The notes under the pieces were generated by a model that was given only the letters and a program-made list of their open reading frames with translations, did no database searches and was not told where the DNA came from. Shown here piece after piece: positions 55,925 through 64,000 of a stretch of 64,000 bases of DNA. Numbering within the stretch: position 1 is the stretch's first letter; each line of letters opens with the position of its first letter. A program made the translations under genes and the position numbers. This stretch comes from a virus (taxonomy: Duplodnaviria > Caudoviricetes), in the IMG/VR virus record IMGVR_UViG_2513237329_000013, positions 32,001-96,000 of that record; one strand, written 5' to 3'.

Positions 55925-56137
55925 AGAGCTGTAATCTCAACAAAGCCTTGGAGACCAAGTGGTTGTTTGTGTACTCGGTGTAACGCTGAGTTAGATAGAG
56001 AGTTCAATACTCTTTGGCGATTCAAAGGCAACGCGATATCAGAATCAAATGATTTTCTTGTTATCCAAATGAATCGCAGAACTTAGTAAGCAAATTGTTA
56101 TTACGATGGGTAGTTATAACGAAAGAGGTGTGTTTGC

Positions 56138-56449
56138 ATGAGCGGTCTTGGTGAGGCTGTGATGATAACATGGGCTGAATATGGTCTGAAAATCGAAAAT
56201 ACGAGCGAAACAACAGAGTCGCTTGTGATTTATGTCTCTGTTCCAGAGCATAGCTACAAAAGAAATGCAAAAGGCTCTGAAATGGCTGCTATGGATCTCG
56301 CAAAACGATTTAAGACCGTAATGACAGAGATGGGCGTTAAGCGTTTGACCGTTAAAGCCCGCGTTCGTGCTGGTGAATACTGGACGAAAGAAATGGCTGA
56401 TAGCGCCAATATCGAGATGCGAAAAAACATCTATGGAAGTCAATATTAA
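56138..56449 (+). CDS. Hypothetical protein
   Basis: RBS GAGGTG after a promoter motif. Confidence 0.65.
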   Translation: MSGLGEAVMITWAEYGLKIENTSETTESLVIYVSVPEHSYKRNAKGSEMAAMDLAKRFKTVMTEMGVKRLTVKARVRAGEYWTKEMADSANIEMRKNIYGSQY

Positions 56450-56463
56450 GGAGGGTGTAATAG

Positions 56464-57543
56464 GTGATTAAGAAGGTTGATCGGAAAAATCGGTTTGTAG
56501 CGATGTTTAATCCTACGACTGGCTTTTATGCTCGTAGCGGTGTGATTGATGAGAATGGTCATGACACCGGCGTAGATCCGTTTATGACAGCGTTCCCAGA
56601 GCTGATTGATGTCGGCGTGATGGGGCATTGTGTTCACGGAGCAAGCGGTCTTTGCTTTAAGTCTGGCGTTCAGTGCTATCAGAACGGATTAAAAACCAAA
56701 GAGCCAAATATGACGCTTGAAAATTTCAAACGCATTGTTGACGAATGTAAGGGTAAAACATTTCAGCTCGCGCTTGGCGGTCGTGGTGATGTTGACCAGC
56801 ACGAAAATTTTGCTGAGATTTTGCAGTATTGTAGGGAAAACAATATCGTGCCGAATTTCACTTCTTCTGGGCTTGGCTTTACAGATGAGATTGTAGATCT
56901 GTGTAGAAGATACTGTGGTGCAGTAGCAATCTCCTGGTATCGTCAGAAACATACATACCGTGCGATTCAGATGCTTTTGGATGCTGGCGTAAAAACGAAC
57001 ATTCATTATGTTCTTGGAAACAATTCTGTTGAAGAAGCAATTATGCGGCTAAAAAATAATGGTTTTCCTGCTGGCATTAACGCAGTGATTTTCCTTCTTC
57101 ACAAACCCGTTGGACTCGGAAGCGAAGAGAATGTTTTGCAGATGGATAACCCGCTCGTAAGACAGTTCTTTGAGATCGTGGATACACAGAAATTCAATTT
57201 CAAAATTGGCTTCGACTCATGTTCTATTCCAGCCGTTTTGAATCTGACTCACAATATTGACCACGATAGTATTGATACTTGCGAGGGTGGCAGATGGAGC
57301 ATGTATATTACAAGCGATATGAAAGCTTTGCCTTGTAGCTTCGATAATCAAGAGCTGCGTTGGGCGTTTGATATTAGCAATGCAAGTATCGAAGAAGCTT
57401 GGAATAGTCAGCAGTTTGAAAGCTTCAGAAGCCATTTCAGAAATTCTTGCCCGAATTGTCAGTGCCAACACGCTTGTATGGGCGGTTGTCCGATTCGTCC
57501 GCAAGTAGTTTTGTGCGATAAGGTAGAAAAGGAGCTGTATTAA
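56464..57543 (+). CDS. Radical SAM/SPASM-domain protein
   Basis: Expanded Cys motif C-x7-C-x6-C (CVHGASGLCFKSGVQC), GGRGD, SPASM CEGG...PCSF...CxxC...C.GGC. Confidence 0.85.
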   Translation: MIKKVDRKNRFVAMFNPTTGFYARSGVIDENGHDTGVDPFMTAFPELIDVGVMGHCVHGASGLCFKSGVQCYQNGLKTKEPNMTLENFKRIVDECKGKTFQLALGGRGDVDQHENFAEILQYCRENNIVPNFTSSGLGFTDEIVDLCRRYCGAVAISWYRQKHTYRAIQMLLDAGVKTNIHYVLGNNSVEEAIMRLKNNGFPAGINAVIFLLHKPVGLGSEENVLQMDNPLVRQFFEIVDTQKFNFKIGFDSCSIPAVLNLTHNIDHDSIDTCEGGRWSMYITSDMKALPCSFDNQELRWAFDISNASIEEAWNSQQFESFRSHFRNSCPNCQCQHACMGGCPIRPQVVLCDKVEKELY

Positions 57544-57732
57544 ATGAGAGATCCGAAGCGAATCCGAAAATTCTGCAATGAGCTTGCAGATTTATGGGAG
57601 AGCAAATGTCCAGATTTGAGATTTGGTCAGATAATGGCTTATGTTTCAAGCAAATGCGGAGATCCATTTTATACGGAAGATGAAGAGCTGATGAATCAGC
57701 TAAAGAAAATATTTGAACGAGGTACAATATGA
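57544..57732 (+). CDS. Conserved phage protein (MRDPKRI...PDLRFGQ)
   Basis: Recognisable small phage family motif. Confidence 0.7.
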   Translation: MRDPKRIRKFCNELADLWESKCPDLRFGQIMAYVSSKCGDPFYTEDEELMNQLKKIFERGTI

Positions 57733-58280
57733 AAAATAAAACTACATGGATTATCGTTGGCATTGTCCTTGCCGTCATCATTCTGATTGTCGGCATTTTT
57801 GCCGGTGCGAACAACAAAGCTATATTTTTGGAAGAGCAGATTAACGGCGCTCAGGCCAATATCAATGTTGCCGAAAAACGCCGCGTTGATCTGGTTTATA
57901 ACCTCGTGGATGCAGTGCAGGCATATCAGGATTATGAGGGCAAAACGCTTGAGGCCATTACCGCTGCCAGATCCAGTGTGAGTAATGGCGATATTGATGA
58001 GGCTAAGGTGTCTATCAATGCCGTGGCAGAAGCGTATCCGGAGCTGAAAGCAAATGAAAATTATCAACAGCTTATGAATGAGCTTGCTATGACAGAAAAC
58101 CAGATCGCACAGTATCGCAATAATTATAATGAGCAAGTTCGAGCATATAACAAGATGATTCGTTCTTTCCCAAACAATGTTATCCTGAGTATTCTTGGAT
58201 ATGAACGAATTGAAACGATCTATACCGATTATGGTGCGCCGGTCGATGCACCGCAGAATCTCTTTAATAATGGTAATTAA
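57729..58280 (+). CDS. lemA: LemA family protein
   Basis: TM helix, RR.DL..NLV, EAYPELKANENY, YN..IRSFP. Confidence 0.9.
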   Translation: MKNKTTWIIVGIVLAVIILIVGIFAGANNKAIFLEEQINGAQANINVAEKRRVDLVYNLVDAVQAYQDYEGKTLEAITAARSSVSNGDIDEAKVSINAVAEAYPELKANENYQQLMNELAMTENQIAQYRNNYNEQVRAYNKMIRSFPNNVILSILGYERIETIYTDYGAPVDAPQNLFNNGN

Positions 58281-59025
58281 AAAACGAGAACTGCTTTTCA
58301 GCGTAATTATTGTCTGCGTCCTACTTTGCCTTGGTCTATTTATAAGTGGAAAGATTTCATATGGCGCGGCGCAGACAGCGGAGAAGTATGCAACCGCAAC
58401 GATTATTGAGGATCATTCACAATTCCGGTACGGTATGAATACTGACTTCGGCAATGTGTTGCTGTATGGAGAGCTGAGTACGGATTCGCCTGTGACTTTC
58501 GATGAGATTGGTAATGGTTATATTTACATTGAGAAAGTTCGTGAGGATTACACAAGACATACCAGAACCGTTACAAAGAAAGACAGCAATGGCAATACAT
58601 ACACAGAAACAGAGGTCTACTACTCATGGGACTATGTTTCCAGTGAACATCTTGCTACGGATACGATTGTGTTTTTGGGTGAACCATTTTCATATGGCAC
58701 AATTTCTTTGCCAGTGCGACGTCTGAACTTAGCTGATGCAGGTGTTGAAAAGCAGCGATGGAACTATATTTATAAGAACAGCGATACAAGGTACTATTAC
58801 AATGTAACAGATGTATCTCTTGTCGGGACTGTCTTTGCTACATTGAGTGATGGGACAATAAAGAACGCTTCTTCTCTATACGAAAATGACACTCCGGTGG
58901 AAGTGATTGAATCTGTACAACAGTCAGAAACGCTTTATTTGATTTTCTTTTGGCTGGCTTGGGTTGTTTTTATGGCCGGCTGTGTTTATGGATTTTTGTA
59001 TTTAGAGAATCGTTGGCTCGATTGA
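58270..59025 (+). CDS. LemA-associated membrane protein
   Basis: N- and C-terminal TM helices. Confidence 0.75.
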   Translation: MVIKKRELLFSVIIVCVLLCLGLFISGKISYGAAQTAEKYATATIIEDHSQFRYGMNTDFGNVLLYGELSTDSPVTFDEIGNGYIYIEKVREDYTRHTRTVTKKDSNGNTYTETEVYYSWDYVSSEHLATDTIVFLGEPFSYGTISLPVRRLNLADAGVEKQRWNYIYKNSDTRYYYNVTDVSLVGTVFATLSDGTIKNASSLYENDTPVEVIESVQQSETLYLIFFWLAWVVFMAGCVYGFLYLENRWLD

Positions 59026-59044
59026 ACGTCTGGAGGACAATGAC

Positions 59045-59251
59045 ATGAACCTATATGCTGTTTTTGCAGATTATAGAAAGAACAATGAGCATAGATATCC
59101 GTATTATGTTCGTGCAAATTCTATTCGTGAGGCTCGAACAAAATTTCAAGACAAAATATCTTGGCTTACGATATTAAAGATCGAGCCTGTAACGGATAAG
59201 GAGCTGTGTCATAAGGTTTTCAGCAATCCATTGGGGTACATTTTCTTTTGA
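59045..59251 (+). CDS. Hypothetical protein
   Basis: RBS GGAGG. Confidence 0.65.
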   Translation: MNLYAVFADYRKNNEHRYPYYVRANSIREARTKFQDKISWLTILKIEPVTDKELCHKVFSNPLGYIFF

Positions 59252-59270
59252 TTTGTTTTGGAGGGGCAAA

Positions 59271-59882
59271 ATGATTATTGAAGACAAACGATACGAGATT
59301 GATGAAGTCTTTCGTATGATCGGAGAAGAGTATTTATCTCTTGACACAGATAAAGGGAAGAAAAACTCAGATATCGTAGTGGACGGGTTTCGCGTTCATC
59401 CGATTTCTCTCCGTTATATGACTTTCTATCAGAAAGGTACTGCATGTGCATATTGCGGAAAAGTCGGAACGCATTTTAAGCTTTGTGGCGATCCAGATTC
59501 GCAGCGTAGACATTTCAACTTGTTTGCAGATGACGGCTCTCTGATTACGAAGGATCATATTGTTCCGAAAAGTAAAGGCGGAAAAGACTGTGTTTCTAAC
59601 ATGCAGCCGATGTGCAAGGCGTGTAATGAATAGAAAGGTAACTATCATCCTGAAATTAAAGTTGATTACATCGCAGCATTCAATCAGAGAACGGGTAACA
59701 CTTCCCTTTTTAGAACAATTAACAAAGCAGCATACCATGTTATTTCTGCGCATTTGCGTCCACCCAAGAAAGACAAGGATCTTATCATTAACACCTCGAT
59801 CAATGCGGTACTTGCAATTCAGAACGCTATCAAAACTGGCTGTTCGTATTGCGGATACACATGGTCTATTGAGCAACGGTAA
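59271..59882 (+). pseudogene. HNH endonuclease interrupted by an in-frame TAG at 59631
   Basis: TKDHIVPKSKGG...NMQPMCKACNE*KG; frame continues 82 codons to TAA. Confidence 0.7.
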
Positions 59883-59915
59883 GGAGCTTGTTAAATAATA
59901 TCAAGGAGTGAAATT

Positions 59916-60431
59916 ATGAAAGTTAGGCGCGATTTTGTGACAAACAGTAGCTCCAGCAGTTTTATTATCGCTTTTGCGGATAAGGCTGATGGTCTACAAC
60001 AGATTGATGATCTCAGACATAGATACGGCTCTGATTATGTCGATCAGCTTTTGACGGACTTCTCAAACAGCGAACCGATTTCTCATGACAAAATCAGAGA
60101 GCGTTTTGAGGATGAGTTTGAGTGCGAAGCAAGTTACATTCTCAATTATGGTAGTGATGGTTGGTGGTCTGACGATAAACCGACCTTTAGAAAAAAGTGG
60201 GAGGACGCTCATCCTGGCGCAACTGGCGCTGATTACTATAATTCTCCGGAACGGAAAGCTACTATCAAAGAGTATGTGGAAAATGCTTTCAAGAAGTTGT
60301 TTAACGACATTGATTCTTCTCCATATTTGGTTGAGCTTGAATATGAAGACCATACGGATGTTGGCAGTGCGTTAGAACATGACATTCTTCCAAACTGCGA
60401 TTTTACGGTGCGCAGATTCAGTCATCATTAA
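59916..60431 (+). CDS. DFVTNSSSSS-leader protein 1
   Basis: MKVRRDFVTNSSSSSF. Confidence 0.8.
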   Translation: MKVRRDFVTNSSSSSFIIAFADKADGLQQIDDLRHRYGSDYVDQLLTDFSNSEPISHDKIRERFEDEFECEASYILNYGSDGWWSDDKPTFRKKWEDAHPGATGADYYNSPERKATIKEYVENAFKKLFNDIDSSPYLVELEYEDHTDVGSALEHDILPNCDFTVRRFSHH

Positions 60432-60445
60432 AAGGAGGATACGAT

Positions 60446-61006
60446 TTGAAGTTTCGCAAAGATTTTGTAACCAATTCCAGTAGTTCCAGTTATACATGTG
60501 ATATCTGCGGTGCAACGGAATCTGGTTGGGATATAAGTTTAGAAGAAGCCGGCATGGTTGAATGCGTAAATGGGCATACAATCTGCAATGATGAGTTACT
60601 TGAGATTCCGCGCAAAGAACTGATTAAAAAGATTTTGGAGTCAGGCTACGAAAAAGAAAGTGAAGAAGAGCTGAATGGTCAGTACGACGATGATTCACTT
60701 CTCGATATCTTCTGGGATCAGGCAGACAATCGTTATGCTGCTCCGGAAGAGTTTTGTCCGATTTGCCAGTTTATCGAGTATTCGCAGTACGACCTTGGAA
60801 AGTATCTCGAAAAAGAATACAAGGTTTCCCGCAGTGATGTATTTGCAAAGGTAAAAGCAGTGAATAAGCGTCGCAAGAAGCTGTACGATAGCGAATATGT
60901 GACAGAGGTATGTAAGCAGTTCGACCTTAATCCTGTCGATATTGTAGCTGGCCTGAAGAAGAGATTTGTTACCTACCGTGCATTCAGCGATTATATTCTG
61001 AGGTAA
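60446..61006 (+). CDS. DFVTNSSSSS-leader protein 2 (Cys-rich)
   Basis: MKFRKDFVTNSSSSSY, TTG start. Confidence 0.8.
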   Translation: MKFRKDFVTNSSSSSYTCDICGATESGWDISLEEAGMVECVNGHTICNDELLEIPRKELIKKILESGYEKESEEELNGQYDDDSLLDIFWDQADNRYAAPEEFCPICQFIEYSQYDLGKYLEKEYKVSRSDVFAKVKAVNKRRKKLYDSEYVTEVCKQFDLNPVDIVAGLKKRFVTYRAFSDYILR

Positions 61007-61011
61007 TTGAA

Positions 61012-61446
61012 ATGAAAATTAGAGAAGACTTTGTAACGAATAGTAGTAGCTCAAGCTATGTTATCGCCTATAAAGCATCTCCAAACTTCGACGAAGAGAC
61101 TATTCGGCGTTATCCAATTCTGAAAGGGGTTACAACCGTTTTAGAGAGTGTTTTGCTTGCCGCAAATGATTATGGCGACACGACAGAGGGTGAACAGATT
61201 AAAACTGTTGAGGAACTGGATAAATATTTTGTCGGATGCTATGGATATGGGGAGATCAATACGCTTCCCCGCATCTTGGATGATGACCATTATCTAAAAG
61301 AGCATTATGATAAGTGTTCTAAGCTGTTAAACGATGGTTATAACATCGTTTTCAAGCAGGTTGATTATAATGATAGCACTTTTGATTCTATCATTCGTAA
61401 CCTGGCAAACACAGATGGCATTGTTCAGATTATTGCTGATGAATAA
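61012..61446 (+). CDS. DFVTNSSSSS-leader protein 3
   Basis: MKIREDFVTNSSSSSY. Confidence 0.8.
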   Translation: MKIREDFVTNSSSSSYVIAYKASPNFDEETIRRYPILKGVTTVLESVLLAANDYGDTTEGEQIKTVEELDKYFVGCYGYGEINTLPRILDDDHYLKEHYDKCSKLLNDGYNIVFKQVDYNDSTFDSIIRNLANTDGIVQIIADE

Positions 61447-61459
61447 TTGGAGGTGAATT

Positions 61460-62899
61460 ATGTACGCAGCATATGTAACTCGTATTAAGAATTTGCGCAA
61501 ACATTCAAACGCGGATCGACTTCTCTGCGGTGAATGTTTTGGCAATACGGTAATTGTGGGCTTGGATACAAAGCCAGAAGAGCTTGGTGTTTATTTCCCC
61601 GTAGATGGCAAGCTTGGAACTGAGTATGCGGTGAAGAATGACCTGCTTCGGCGTAAGGATGAAAACGGTAAGCCGGCTGGTGGTTATCTCGATCCTGAAA
61701 AGCGCAATATTAAGGCGTTGAAGCTTCGTGGCGAAAAGAGCGATGGCTTGTTTATGCCGTTGTCCAGTTTGAACGGGTTTACGGATATTGCAAAGCTCCG
61801 TGAGGGCGATGTAATTACCATTTTGAATGGTGTCACAATTTGTGAGAAGTATATCCCACGTCGTAAGAAGAGTACCATTATGGTTGGGGGGGGTAGGACT
61901 CGTAAGCATCACGATCCTATTGCCCCGCTCTTTGCGGAACATGCTGACACGGAACAGCTTGCATATAACCTCAGCGCATTTCACCAAGGCGATCTTGTTG
62001 AGATTACTTTGAAAATGCACGGTACATCTCAGCGAACCGGATATCTGCCAACGCTTAAAGGATATAAGAGGACATTGCTTGATAAACTCCTACATCGCGT
62101 TGGTTCTCCGATTTATAATTGGGGATATGTAACTGGCACTCGTCGTGTTGTTCTGGATGATTTTGACGGCGGCTTCTATGGCAGCAATGCTTTCCGTGAA
62201 CAGCATAGCAAGGTTTTTGAAGGTAAGCTTCATAAGGGCGAAACCGTGTACTATGAAGTCGTTGGCTTTACGCAAGACAAGCAGCCTATTATGGCATCTT
62301 GCGACAATAAAAAAGTCGGTGATAAGGAATTTGTTAAACAATACGGAGAAAAGACAGTGTTTAGCTATGGTTGCTATCCGGACGGTGTAAAGGAAGTAAC
62401 AAATCCGAAAATTACATACGCAACAGTAATGATTGGCGATACCTCTTTTACAGCAAATGAGATTACGGAATATGAATCTGCTCCGCAGTCTGATTTTTAT
62501 GTGTATCGAATGACGATGACAAATGAGGATGGCGATGTTGTCGAATACACACCTGACTTTATGCGTTATCGTTGTGAGCAGATGGGTGTTAAGTGCGTTC
62601 CGCTATTCGCTCGATTCATCATTCCGGATTACATCCAGCTTCCTGATGCTGTTGGATCTCCGATGGCTGTCAATGCTGGCGAATATGTCAAGGAGATTGC
62701 CGAAAACTTCTATGATGGTGCAGACCCGATTGGTAAGTCGCATGTCCGAGAGGGCGTTGTTTGCCGTATCGTAAACCGCCCAAAGTTTACAGCATATAAG
62801 CACAAGAATTTTGCATTCAAGGTACTTGAGGGAATTGTAAAGGATATTGCGTCTGCTCCGGACATGGAAGAAGCGCAGGATGAGACAAGCGCCGCGTAA
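61460..62899 (+). CDS. RNA ligase (Rnl2/DRB0094-like) with N-terminal tRNA-binding OB fold
   Basis: HSNADRL, LRGEKSDG, motif I KMHGTS, YYEVVG, FYVY, REGVV, YKHKN. Confidence 0.85.
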   Translation: MYAAYVTRIKNLRKHSNADRLLCGECFGNTVIVGLDTKPEELGVYFPVDGKLGTEYAVKNDLLRRKDENGKPAGGYLDPEKRNIKALKLRGEKSDGLFMPLSSLNGFTDIAKLREGDVITILNGVTICEKYIPRRKKSTIMVGGGRTRKHHDPIAPLFAEHADTEQLAYNLSAFHQGDLVEITLKMHGTSQRTGYLPTLKGYKRTLLDKLLHRVGSPIYNWGYVTGTRRVVLDDFDGGFYGSNAFREQHSKVFEGKLHKGETVYYEVVGFTQDKQPIMASCDNKKVGDKEFVKQYGEKTVFSYGCYPDGVKEVTNPKITYATVMIGDTSFTANEITEYESAPQSDFYVYRMTMTNEDGDVVEYTPDFMRYRCEQMGVKCVPLFARFIIPDYIQLPDAVGSPMAVNAGEYVKEIAENFYDGADPIGKSHVREGVVCRIVNRPKFTAYKHKNFAFKVLEGIVKDIASAPDMEEAQDETSAA

Positions 62900-63018
62900 C
62901 GACATTACGCATCTTATCCATCAATGCTGAACGGTGTGCTGGAATATGCACGAATTTGTAGTTCCAGCACACTGCAGGCATATTGCCAGAGATTGTATTT
63001 TGAAAGAGAGGTGCTGTG

Positions 63019-63840
63019 ATGAGTGACAGAGTAAAGATTATGAAACGGCTTTCTGAACACCTCGAAGCAGTAAGAGACAAACACCCTGAGTGGGTTGGTA
63101 TTTTTCTTCAAGGTTCACAAAACTACAACTTAGACTATGAGGGAAGCGATATTGATTCCAAGCTGATTGTCCTCCCTTCGTTTGAAGATTTTGTTTTGAA
63201 CAAAAGACCATATAGTTACACACACATCATGGAAAACGATGAACATGTAGATGTTAAGGATATTCGTCTGATGCTCGATTGCTTCAAAAAGCAGAATGTA
63301 AATTTTGTTGAGATTCTTTTTACGCCGTACCGTATCTTGAATCCAAAGTACGAAGCTTTGTTCCAGCCGATTCTTGATATTGCAGAGAGAGTCGGTCGAT
63401 ATAACAACTATGCCGCATTGAATTGCATGGTAGGAATGGCGCTCGAAAAGCAAAAGGCATTGTGCCACCCATATCCTGCAACAAAAGACAAGATTGATAA
63501 ATACGGGTTCGATAGCAAACAGTATCATCACATTGAGCGTCTTTATGAATTCATGCAGCGTTGGCTTAATGGCGAGCCATATCGTGATTGCCTCGTTTCT
63601 AAACAAGTGGAGCGTCTTAGAGAAATCAAGCTTTATATTAACTGCGATCTTACAACGGCGCAGGTCAATTCGGATAGAATCGTATCTGAGATGAAATCAA
63701 TCAAGGACACTTATATGCAGCAGAATCCAGTTGTAGTAGACCGTGAGGTTGATTCGGTTTTCAATAAAGTTCTGCTTGATTTATTTAAGTTCAACTTCCA
63801 GTGCGAGCTTGGTAACGACTCGCCCAATAAAAAGGAGTAA
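63019..63840 (+). CDS. Pol-beta-type nucleotidyltransferase
   Basis: LQGSQNY.LD...SDIDSK, N.NFVE.L. Confidence 0.82.
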   Translation: MSDRVKIMKRLSEHLEAVRDKHPEWVGIFLQGSQNYNLDYEGSDIDSKLIVLPSFEDFVLNKRPYSYTHIMENDEHVDVKDIRLMLDCFKKQNVNFVEILFTPYRILNPKYEALFQPILDIAERVGRYNNYAALNCMVGMALEKQKALCHPYPATKDKIDKYGFDSKQYHHIERLYEFMQRWLNGEPYRDCLVSKQVERLREIKLYINCDLTTAQVNSDRIVSEMKSIKDTYMQQNPVVVDREVDSVFNKVLLDLFKFNFQCELGNDSPNKKE

Positions 63841-63844
63841 GAAT

Positions 63845-64000
63845 ATGTCTATCTTTTTTATGATGGTAGGTCTTCCGTACAGCGGAAAATCTGTTTATGC
63901 GGAGGGGCTGCGAGAGAAGTTCGGCGCAGAGATTCATTCCAGCGATGCAATTCGAGCAGAGATTCTTGGAAATGTACAGGATCAGACAAACAATCAGATT
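63845..64000 (+). CDS. Polynucleotide-kinase-like P-loop protein (partial)
   Basis: MVGLPYSGKS...SSDAIR; truncated by the window end. Confidence 0.8.
   Translation, partial: MSIFFMMVGLPYSGKSVYAEGLREKFGAEIHSSDAIRAEILGNVQDQTNNQI

Noticed and set aside
59631-59633. Genome-wide TAG recoding
   Set aside because: Several genes end cleanly at TAG (for example 33515, 41259, 55440), long genes are uninterrupted, and no CUA suppressor tRNA was seen.

Overview
A 64-kb segment of a large, probably temperate, SPbeta-like phage or prophage. A Firmicutes/Clostridia host is inferred from GGAGG Shine-Dalgarno sites and sigmaA-type promoters. The left arm (minus strand, 1-29.3 kb) carries head, portal and terminase genes and a 6-kb RNA island. 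That island holds 21 tRNAs, tmRNA, a ~630-nt ROOL-like RNA, a theta/HDV-like ribozyme and an orphan DGR target. It is followed by HU, YonJ/YonK-like genes, a YonO-type single-subunit RNA polymerase, a cysteine desulfurase, a helicase and a tyrosine recombinase. After a non-coding divergence point (29.3-30.5 kb), the right arm (plus strand) carries early and anti-defence genes, a sigma-like factor with ~10 candidate cognate promoters, two hammerhead ribozymes, a DarB-like MTase-helicase, and ImmA/XRE and MrpR-like regulators. It continues with a second RNA island, a DUF2828 (Ro60/TROVE-like) gene, two radical-SAM genes and an RNA ligase-NTase-Pnk cluster. The most striking unexplained signal is a 12-copy structured RNA motif (helix ending CRC, 2 nt, then RCAGC-WAY-like). 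It occurs both as stand-alone small RNAs displaying anticodon stem-loop mimics and as an insert inside tRNA scaffolds, concentrated directly upstream of the DUF2828 gene. All assignments are by eye; no searches were run.
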